NCBI GenBank assembly: GCA_032718475.1
Contig: JAUCBJ010002463.1
Coordinates: 1-57,145 of the forward strand
Length of the DNA stretch: 57,145 bases
Direction of reading: 5' to 3'
Source of the DNA: Nemertoderma westbladi
Taxonomy: Eukaryota > Animalia > Xenacoelomorpha
In this document: positions 23,348 to 33,585 of the stretch, piece after piece
Position numbering within the stretch: the stretch's first letter is position 1
Layout of the letters: every line of letters begins with the position of its first letter
Notes under the pieces: generated by a model
Told to the model about the DNA's origin: nothing
Seen by the model: the letters and a program-made list of their open reading frames with translations, nothing else
Databases searched by the model: none
Made by a program: the position numbers and the translations under genes

Positions 23348-23450
23348 GATACATATGCGGATACATATTTGGCTGATCTACGCCGACTGTTATCGCGAGT
23401 GCTACAGGACCATTTCAGGGAGGTGCACGAACAGCGGCTGGTCGGGACCT
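23348..23450 (+). pseudogene. Gypsy-like gag remnant, 3' half
   Basis: ADTYLADLRRLLSRV resembles the major-homology-region motif expected after ...TPYAAYE of the 2551-2722 fragment. Confidence 0.6.
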
Positions 23451-23460
23451 ACGGGACGCC

Positions 23461-25840
23461 GTCGCTGGACAATGCGATCTTCGAGCATTTCCACTACGTG
23501 GTGAAAGGAGATGAGGCGAAGTTCGGGATTCCGTATAAATCCCGTACGCGAGAGAGTCACCGAGGAAAGATTGGAAGAGGTTCATAGAGTCCGTCAGCAG
23601 GGGAGGGTACATGATCCTAGACGACGAAGGAACCGTGGAAGACGAGGAGGGTTCGAAGAGAGGGTCGGCGGGATCGGCCAGAACCATACTCCTACATTTG
23701 GCCGCGCCAAATGGGGATATTTTCCTATTTGACCTGGGAACATATGGGAAGAAGGACGGCCCGAAGTTAAACCGGTTGCCGAAGGCAGTGCAAGTCCTAG
23801 TAAGAGAGAAGTCGACAACGAAAGTGGGATCGGCGATTCGCGATGATGTGGAGAGAATCATCGGTCCGGACACCCCAACCTCCTGGATATGCAGACGGTC
23901 TTCATGGCTATGACAGCACCAGACGGGTTGGGACTAGTCGAGAACACAGACCATTGCGGAGCGGTGGCGATGGGCCAGCTATTGGGGCTCGTGTGTCACA
24001 AACCAATGGACTGGGGGAAGTTCAGAGAAGAGTACAGAGCAGAATTAGCGAACTCGCTGAAGTGGGGAGCGAGGCCGGGGAAACAAGAGGTGTATCAATT
24101 CCGGAGAGGAGCAATAAAGGTATATCAGAAGCGATATATCCTGCAGGAGGACTGGATAATGATAGGTTTGCTTAACCTATTCATGACCGTGGTTATTGAG
24201 AGGGAACCAACGGCATTCCTATTATCGGGATCACCCCTAAGCTACAGAAGAGCCTTTAAGACGGCTTTCGTGGGTCTGGTAGACCACCCGGGGCTGAAGG
24301 GCGAGTCGGTGTACTACAACAGCCGACATCTGGTAGACGGGGAGATAGATACGCCGTATCAGAGGTGGGAGGAGCTAGAGACGGATAGACGAGAGGCGAA
24401 GCAACTGGATGATGTCGCTAGACAGGAGAGGAGAGAAGCAGAGGTAAGGGAGGAGGAAGCTAGGACACAGAGCTACGGCTTCGAGGAACAGGCGGGCTTA
24501 GACGAACTTCGTTGGACTTCATCAGGGAGTTCGGGGGAGTCTCTAGGGCGAGAACTGGGATGGACGGTGGGCTCACCGAAACAGTCGACGTCGGGATTGC
24601 AGACGACGCCCATACCAGCGGGCGCCGAGGGCGACCGGCCGCTAAGGAGGCTAGGGGAAAGGATGGGCTAAGGATGGAAAGCTACGGGCGAGAGCCAAGG
24701 CGGGAAGGGACATAGTGGGTCCACCGGGATACCGGGGCTGGAGCCACTCCCAGAGGAGGACGAGGACGACGACGAGTTCGGAGAGATGCCGCCCATCGGG
24801 AGGATCAGCCACTCGGACACGGACTGGGTTGGCGGGAGGGTGGTGACGGCCAGTGGGGCGAGGGCCTTCTGGGATAGACCCGGCAAGCGGGCCTGGGTGC
24901 ACGAGGAGCCGGCGATGGATTTCGCGGGGAGCACTATCAGGTTGGGCGAGCAACCGGGGACGGCACCACGGGTAGTATTCGGGGAGACGATGCCCGGGAG
25001 GGGCGAGGAGATCGATGTAGACAGGGACACTAAAGTCCGGAAGTTCGCTTACCAACGACTCCACAGACCGCGGAGATCGCTTGGGACGAAAGACGACGTG
25101 GGGCGGGAGACATTGGTGCTCGGCTGTGACTACTGTGGGAGACAGACCCATCAGGAAAGGAGCTGCTGGTACCGGTTCCAGAAAGGGACTAGTTGTCTCT
25201 ACTGCCGCGAGTCGAGCCACAGGATGGGGGCGTGTCCACGGTTGCATAACCGATGTTTGAAGTGTAACTTTCGGGGACATTACGGATGCCAGTGTGACTG
25301 CATGGATGACGAAGAGAAGTTTAGGATCTTCGAGGAGTGGGCCGACGTCGGGGCGATGACTCGGCAACGTATGAAGGCCCAGGAGTTCCGGTGGGGCTTC
25401 TTTAACATCAATCAGGAGGCTCACATGGAAATTATCAAACGGAGGCTTCCGTTTACTTACCAGGAAGTGGCGACGGCGGCATCATATGCCGGAGTGATAA
25501 ATACACAGAGGTATTTGGATAGGTGGACGCCACAGAACAGAGGAGAGTTTAGGGATTTCTTGGCGGAGCATGTGCCGCGGGCAATGAAGTTGATCCTATG
25601 GGACGCCACCAGGGGGAGACAGCAGGGCCACTCGGAGGGGCCACCCGCGAAGCGATACCGGGAGCTAATAACACCGGCACCCAAGGAGTCGACGACCGGG
25701 ATCAGTAAAGAGGTGGTGGCGAGAGTCCGAAGCCAGAGCACAAGACCAGAGGAGCGGCAGTGACCAGGAAACGACCTAGGGAAGAGGACGACAGGGGGAA
25801 AGACTTGAGGTGGTTCCCAAAGGCAGGTGGAACGAACTAA
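23461..25840 (+). pseudogene. Frameshifted accessory ORF: DEDDy-type 3'-5' exonuclease-like domain plus three CCHC knuckles
   Basis: YMILDDEG, LLHLAAPNGDIFLFDL, KVGSAIRDD, KWGARP...QKRYILQED; CDYC..H..C, CLYC..H..C, CLKC..H..C; split across ORFs 23611, 23889 and 24786. Confidence 0.8.
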
Positions 25841-26530
25841 GACTTCAGTGTAACATGCCTAGAAGGCACCACGCGAGACGTGCGAACTCCTAAGTACAAA
25901 TTCAAGTAATTTAAATAATTGAAAAAGTGCAATTAGTAGGTACGTACGTAGTAATCATTATTAGTTTAGCAAAATATAATCGAAGTAAGTACTGTAGTCA
26001 TTCAACCTTTTTCCAATTAGCTACTGGACTGGGGGACGACTGACTATGACGAACGAGACGCTGGACGACATCACACATCTTGAGTGCGATGGCACAGGAG
26101 GGGGGTGAAACTCGTCGGGAGTGAGTGGGAGAGAAAGGGGTTGAGTTGTGGTGCTGAGAGAGTGCAGGTGCAATTCAAGTGTGGGGGGGGGGGGGGGGGG
26201 GAGGAATAAGAGGCAGAGTGAGGGACAGGGAAGTCCGAAAGTTAGAGCGGAAGTGAGGAGAAGTAGAGGAGAGTCAGGGTGAGAACAGAGCAGAGTTAGT
26301 GGTGAAAGTGTTGGGGAAACAAAAGTCGTGTGAGAGGAGCGCACGATCGGCCCGACACGGGATGCCAGGTAAACAGGGTAGCGATATCATACCCATAGGG
26401 GGCGGTCTGGAAAGCCGGCTCCGAAAAAATAGTTCCACCCCACACTCGACACTAGGTCGTGATCCAGCGGAATTGTAGCGCACTAGAGGTGGATGCTATC
26501 TTCTTACCGGGAAGATAGCATGGGGGGGAG

Positions 26531-27116
26531 TGTTAGCGTATTCAATTCTGCTAGCCAGGCCCACAGAGAGTTGGGTTTTAAGCAATATTGGAACTACAAG
26601 GTTGATTACCAATCAACCTTGTATCACCCCAATAAGCGGGGACAATAGGCCCCAAGGGAACACACACAGTGGGGGTCAGAGGTTATACCTCCGGGAGAGA
26701 GAGAGAGATAGCAGCGGGGGGGAAGCACACCCAGGGGATGGGAAGGTGACAAGTGAGTTATTAGCCAATGGGGGGAAGGCATCAGCTGGGTAGCATTATA
26801 TGGCCAACCCGTGCAATATATTACCAGCTACCATGTCATTTAGTTCAGTTATCTCATTCAGTCAGTCGGTTCAGTTAGGGCACAGCGGTGACTTCTAATA
26901 CCGTCCACTGCCGCCATTATTCACCTATATTTTAGTTCATTCATTCAATGCTGCAATAACTGTCTTTGTGCTTATCCTATTATATTTATACTGCTACAGC
27001 GTCAACAATATTAGAACTCTTAATCTGACAATAAAACGCTTTTCACTCACACGGCGGGGACGCGTAATTAAAGAACCAAAACCGGATAAACCGAGATCCT
27101 CCTGGATCCCGTCACA
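26531..27116 (+). repeat. 3' LTR of element 2 (586 bp, TG...CA)
   Basis: Follows the PPT; CCAAT, TATA-like and AATAAA motifs; ends GGATCCCGTCACA like 33585 and 29005. Confidence 0.9.
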
Positions 27117-28756
27117 AATACCAATAACTTGATTAACAGAAGATTTTGCATATGTGGATTAGTTACTAATCCACTTAATAGCCCCTCAGCTTAAATATGT
27201 GCTTAAAAATGGTGTATAGCAGGAACCAGAACCATGTCAATTAATATTCTGGTAATGTACGTTTCAGAAGAAACCTGAGAAGCTGTATACCCCACAGACC
27301 CAAGTGGTCATTTTGTCATATTGGTAAGTTCAATAAAGTCCTTCTGTAATTCATAAGTCCTACATCCTATGAGGAAGAAGTATAGGAGTTCGGTGCAGAG
27401 GTCCTCTTTTCGAAATGATTCGATTACCTTGAAGACTAAACATTGTTTATATTCCTCATAAAATCTATTAAATAATCTTAAATATAGGTAATATTATAGA
27501 ATAAAACAAAAGTTTAACTTACATAGGGTTGATTCACTGTTATTAAGTTCTGGAACTGAAAGTGGATGGAACAACACGGAATGTTGGTTACCTGGGGGAG
27601 GTTCGTTTATATTCACTTCGTATTCTGTATCTTCTGTGTCGTTGATCAAGCTAAAATAATAATAGTAATTACAAACGGATAGTAATTATTGGTAAGTAAT
27701 AATTATGATAGGTATTTAGGGCCTGGTTATGAAAGTACAGACTGATGGTAAGTCTAGGTATCTACGTAAAGACGGATGGTAAAGTCTAGGTATGTATGTA
27801 CATTGTACATACATATGATATGTCTGTGTATGCAGACTGCTAGTGGTTAGACTAATTATGTGCTAATAAAATAATGCAACCGAACTATGTAATAAACTTA
27901 CACTTATTTGTAGATAAGTTTTTCTTACGTCAGGATCTTTGGAGCTGAATAAATTGTAGCGACTCTGCGACACTTTGATTTTAGACGCGTAAAGTTTACT
28001 GACGCTGTGGATTCACATGCCACCTATATGATGTTATTAGAAACTGAACTTTATATCTACAAATATTGGTGTTACCAGTTCACTGTATATTCCTATAGAG
28101 ATATAATCTCAAATACCTCTGTAATGGAATGTTTGTCACAAGTAACAAATCACAAACGTCACAAATAACATATAAAAAATCCTGATTATGAATAACATTG
28201 GTCGAAACAATTATATTCGATATAAATGATTAGCGCAATAGCGGCTATTAGCGGATTAGCGGATATCACAATATAACATAACAGACACAAAGATATTACT
28301 ATCTTAACAAGAAATGTTCAGCATATTTGATGATTTTTACAAAAGAATAGATCTATTCTTTGTAAAAATCAACAACCAAAATTAATTCAAATGAGGTGGA
28401 ATGTTTATGTAAAATCCTCAACTGCATTTGTATCGAGTTGATTAATCTGTTTGTTATCCTCAGAATGAACATTAATTTACTTGAATATTGAATTATAATT
28501 ACATGAAGTTACTGAGTTTGACAATTCGTTTATTAGCCAATATACTCCTCACCACCAGGATAATTAATTCCATCTAGGGTCAGTATCCCTATTTAAATAA
28601 CTTGCGATATTTGCAAAGCTAGCCTTTTAAGTTTTAGCAATGGTGTGGACCAAGTATGTTGTAAGTACTTAACATATCTTTAAGTGTAACTACGTAGTTC
28701 TACTAAGTATAGCAAGTTTTCAGCAAGTTTTAAGTATAGCAAGTATAGCAAGATAC

Positions 28757-29005
28757 TTAGTCGGTTAGCTAGGGTAGAGCGGAGACTTCTAAGACCGTCC
28801 TCGCCTACCACCATTATTTGTACATACTGTAGTACTTCAATTGCCATCTATCCATTTATACTATATCCATCTTAACATTTATATTATACATACATCGGAG
28901 AACTAATAACATCAGAACTCTCGAACTCTTTTCACATACAAACGGCGGGGACGCGTACTTGCAATAACCGCGGATAAACCGGGATCCTCCTTGTATCCCG
29001 TCACA
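28757..29005 (+). repeat. Partial 5' LTR of element 3
   Basis: TTAGTCGGTTAGCTAGGGTAG...ATCCCGTCACA is nearly identical to 33345-33585. Confidence 0.9.
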
Positions 29006-29058
29006 GTCATAGAACACCAACTACTACCCTAGTATTAGAACTTCCAGCTAGCTACGAT

Positions 29059-29502
29059 ATGAGTGACGTAACGCCAACGCGGACCCCGGACGAAGAACTA
29101 ACGATCCGCGAGGCCGCGACCAGACGGTACAGGCCCACGACGCCGGACCCATCGGTAACGGGTCATCCGGCAGTTCAAGATGAGGGGGGCCGTCTGGAGC
29201 CAGAGGTCGAGTCGAGAGGAGCGGGAGTCGAGTTGAGAGGAGGAGAGGGCGAGTTGGAAGGAGAAAGAGACGAGTCGACACACGACGACGGTCGACGTGC
29301 CGATGTCGCCGGCCAGCCACAGGCCGAGGGCGACGGACGGCCCACCGGAACGGCGATGGTGGGGCCGCCGGTACGACGTCGGACCTGGAGAGATGGAGGA
29401 GAAGTCGGAGACGAGGACGTCGTACCGGCGGCCCCACCGTCATACTGCTGTACTACACAGGCCCATAGAGTAGGTCAGAATGTGGATTATGAACCAGAAT
29501 AA
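29059..29502 (+). CDS. Short low-complexity ORF at the gag position (probable gag N-terminal remnant)
   Basis: 147-aa ATG-initiated ORF 54 nt after the 5' LTR; Arg/Glu/Gly-rich, like the N-terminal gag region of element 5; no recognisable domain. Confidence 0.45.
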   Translation: MSDVTPTRTPDEELTIREAATRRYRPTTPDPSVTGHPAVQDEGGRLEPEVESRGAGVELRGGEGELEGERDESTHDDGRRADVAGQPQAEGDGRPTGTAMVGPPVRRRTWRDGGEVGDEDVVPAAPPSYCCTTQAHRVGQNVDYEPE

Positions 29503-29825
29503 TCCATAGGTAATAGTAAGTAGTAGCACAGTAGAATTAAATTAAAAAATTAAATAAATAAAATAAGAATAGGGCTAAAAAAGTTACAAATTATGGTAAC
29601 AGTAGGGAAATTATTCTGGAATACAATAAAAGTAACTGACAAAATTGCGAATTAGGGTACATTTAGTAGCTTCAAAATTAAGTAGTAGGAATTTAGGCTA
29701 TAAGGCAAAATTAGATAAGAAATAGGCCATTATCGGACCGTACAGACCATCCTAGCTGCATCACTCACTTATACTGCGCCTTGGTAAGGCATCACCTTAT
29801 AGGTGAGCGATCGGGAGAGTTCGAA

Positions 29826-32336
29826 ATGGCGGGGAAACTGATCAGGAAGAGAAAGGCGGAGTCAGGAGGAAAGGAGATACAGGTGGATTTCACCAAGAGG
29901 CATCCGGAAGAGAGGACGAGGGGATACTACGACCGGTTAGGAAAGGGTCACGCAGCACGAGCGCTACAGTCGTTGGACAATGCGATCTTCGAGCATTTCC
30001 ACTACGTGGTGAAAGGAGACGAGGCGAAGTTCGGGATTCCAAAGTACGCGAGAGAGTCACCGAGGAAAGATTGGAAGAGGTTCATAGAGTCCGTCAACAG
30101 GGGAGGATACATGATCCTGGACGACGAAGGGACCGTGGAAGACGAGGAGGGTTCAAGGAGAGGATCGGCAGGATCGGCCAGGACCATACTCCTACATTTG
30201 GCCACGCCAAATGGGGACATTTTCCTATTTGACCTGGGAACGTATGGGAAGAAGGATGGGCCGAAGTTGGACCGGCTGCCGAGGGCGGTGCAGGTCCTAG
30301 TGAGGGAGAAGTCGACGACGAAAGTGGGATCGGCGATTCGCGAGGACGCAGAGAGAATTATCGGTCCGGACGCCACCAACCTCCTGGATATGCAGAAGGT
30401 CTTCATGGCTATGACAGCACCAGACGGGTTGGGACTAGTCGGGAACACAGGCCAATGCGGAGCGGTGGCAATGGGCCAGCTATTGGGGCTCGTATGTCAC
30501 AAACCGATGGACTGGGGGAAGTTCAGGGAGGAATAAGGAGCAGAACTAGCGAACTCGCTAAAGTGGGGAGCGAGGCCGGGAAAGCAAGAGGTGTATCAAT
30601 TACGAAGAGGAGCGATAAAGGTATATCAGAAGCGATATATCCTGCAGGAAGATTGGATAATGATAAGTTTGCTTAACTTATTCATAACCGTGGTTATCGA
30701 GAGGGAACCAGCGGCATTTCTGTTATCGGGATCACCCCTAAGCTACAGAAGAGCCTTTAAGACGGCTTTCGACGGTCTGGTAGACCACCCGGGGCTGAAG
30801 GGCGAGTCGGTGTACTACAACAGCCGACATCTGGTAGACGGGGAGATAGATACGCCGTATCAGAGATGGGAGGAGCTAGAGACGGATAGACGAGAGGCGA
30901 AGCGACTGGAAGAGGTCGCTAGACGGGAGAGGATAGAAGCAGAGGAGAGGGAGGAGGAGGCCAGGACGCAGAGTTACGGCTTCGAGGAACAGGCGGGCTT
31001 AGACGAACTTCGTTGGGCTTCATCTGGGAGTTCGGGGGAGTCTCTAGGGCGAGAACTGGGATGGACGGTGGGATCGCCGAAACAGTCGACGTCGGGGTTG
31101 CAAGCGATGCCCATACCAGCGGGCGCCGAAGGCGACCAACCGCTAAGGAAGTTAGGGGAGCTAGAGGGATGGAGAGCTACGGGCGAGAGCCAAGGCGGGA
31201 AGGGACATAGTGGATCCACCGGGATACCGGGGTTGGAGCCACTGCCAGAGGAGGACGAAGACGACGACGAGTTCGGAGAGATGCCACCCATCGGGAGGAT
31301 AGGCCACTCGGACACGGACTGGGTTGGCGGGAGGGTGGTGATGGCCAGTGGGGCGAGGGCCTTCTGGGATAGACCCGGCAAGCGGGCCTGGGTGCACGAG
31401 GAACCGGCGATGGATTTCGCGGGGAGCACTATCAGGTTGGGCGAGCAACCGGGGACGGCACCACGGGTAGTATTCGGGGAGACGATGCCCGAGAGGGGCG
31501 AGGAGATCGACGTAGACAGGGACACTAACGTCCAGAAGTTCGCCTACCAGCGACTCCACAGACCGCGGAGATCGCTTGGGACGAAAGACGACGTGGGGCG
31601 GGAGACATTGGTGCTCGGCTGTGACTACTGTGGGAGACAGACCCACCAGGAAAGGAGCTGTTTGTACCGATTCCAGAAAGGGACTAGTTGTCTCTACTGC
31701 CGCGAGTCAAGCCACAGGATGGGGGCGTGTCCACGGTTGCATAACCGATGTTCGAAGTGTAACTTTCGGGGACACTACGGACGCCAGTGCGACCGGATGG
31801 ACGATGAAGAGAAGTTCAGAATCTTCGAGGAGTGGGCCGACGTCGGGGCCATGACGCGGCAACGCATGAAGGCCCAGGAGTTCAAGTGGGGTTTCTTCCT
31901 TATCAATCAGGAGGCTCACTTGGAAATCATAAAGCGGAGGTTACCGTTTACCTATCAAGAGGTAGCAACGGCGGCGTCGTATGCCGGGGTGATAAATACA
32001 CAAAGGTATTTGGACAGGTGGACGCCACAGAACCGAGGGGAGTTTAGGGATTTCTTGGCGGAGCATGTGCCGCGGGCAATGAAGATGATCTTATGGGACG
32101 CCACCAGGGGGAGACAACAGGGCCACTCGGAGGGGCCACCCGCGAAGCGATATCGGGAGCTGATAACACCGGCACCCAAGGAGCCAACGACCGGGATCAG
32201 TAAGGAGGTGGCGGCGAGAGTCCGAAGACAGAAAGCGGATCCCAGAGGAGCGGTAGTGACCAGGAAACGACCCAGGGAGGAGGACGGCAAAGGGAAAGAC
32301 TTGAGGTGGTTCCCAAAGTCAGGAGGGATAAACTGA
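29826..32336 (+). pseudogene. ~836-codon accessory protein: WRN/MUT-7/EXD-like DEDDy exonuclease, acidic linker, three CCHC knuckles and FEEWAD motif; single nonsense codon
   Basis: ORFs 29781-30536 and 30591-32336 are in the same frame; TAA at 30534-30536 corresponds to TAC in element 2. ExoI ILDDEG, ExoII KVGSAIRED, ExoIII-like W...QKRYILQED. Confidence 0.82.
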
Positions 32337-33036
32337 GACTTCGATGTGGTACGCCTGGAAGGCGCCACGTGAGACGTGCGAACTATTAAGTACAAATTCA
32401 AGTAATCTAAATAATCAAATAAGTGCAATTTGTATGTACGTACGTAGCAATCAGTAATCTACGAGAATATACATTCGAAGTAAGTACTATAGTCATTCAA
32501 CCTTTACCCAATTAGCTACTGGACCGGGGAGGACTGACTATGACGAACGAGGCACCAGACGACTTCACATTTCCTGAGTGCGACGGCACAGGAGAGGGGG
32601 ATGGGACTCGTCAGAGATGAGTAGGTTAGCCAAAGAGGGGTCGAGAGACGGAGTAATAGTGCGGAGTGCGGAGAGAGTGCGGATGCAATTCAAGTGTGGG
32701 GGGGGGGGATAGGAGGCTGAGTGAGGGACAGGGAAGTCCGAGAGTTAGAGCGAAAGAGAGGAGAAGTAGAGGAGAGTCAGGGTGAGAACAGAGTGGAGTT
32801 AAAGTGGCGAAAGTGTTGGGGAAACAAAAGTCGTGTGAGAGGAGCGCACGATCGGCCCGACATGGGACGCCAGGCGAACCGGGTAGCATTATCATACCCA
32901 TAGGGAGCGGCCTGGAAAGCCGGCTCCGAGAGAAAATAATTCCACCCCACACCCGATACTAGATCGGGATCCAGCGGAATTGTAGCGCACTTGAGGAGGA
33001 TGCTATCTTCTCACCGGGAAGATAGCATGGGGGGAG

Positions 33037-33585
33037 TGTTAGCTTATTCAATTCCGCTAACACCCCACAAAGTAAGCCGTTAAGCAGTATTGGGGGCCAC
33101 GAGGTTGATTACCCAACCTCGTGCCACCCCAACAGAGTGGGAAGGAGAAACACACAATAGGGGTCAGGGGCCACACCCCTGACAGAGAGAGAATAGCAGG
33201 AGTGAGGGGAAACACTCCAAAGGGCGCCAACAGGGATATTAGCCAATGGGGGGAAGGCACCGGCTAGGTACTGTAACAACGGCCAAACCGTGCAATATAT
33301 ATTATTAGGTATCAGTAATCAGTTATTCAGTTATCTCATTTGTGTTAGTCGGTTAGCTAGGGTAGAGCTGAGACTTCTAAGACCGTCCTCGCCTACCACC
33401 ATTATTTGTACATACTGTAGTACTTCAATTGCCATCTATCCATTTATACTATATCCATCTTAACATTTATATTATACATACATCGGAGAACTAATAACAT
33501 CAGAACTCTTTTCACATCCTAACGGCGGGGACGCGTACTTGCAATAACCGCGGATAAACCGGGATCCTCCTTGGATCCCGTCACA
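33037..33585 (+). repeat. 3' LTR of element 3 (549 bp, TG...CA)
   Basis: PPT GGGGGGAG, then TGTTAGC...GGATCCCGTCACA. Confidence 0.92.

Larger units (their letters stand above)
23459..27116 (+). mobile_element. 5'-truncated LTR element 2 (same family as elements 3 and 5)
   Basis: Collinear with ~29968-33585; PPT GGGGGGGAG followed by LTR TGTTAGC...CCGTCACA. Confidence 0.9.
28757..33585 (+). mobile_element. Non-autonomous LTR element 3 carrying only a short 5' ORF and the exonuclease/zinc-knuckle ORF
   Basis: Partial 5' LTR 28757-29005 matches the 3' part of LTR 33037-33585; no capsid, protease, RT or integrase between them. Confidence 0.9.
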
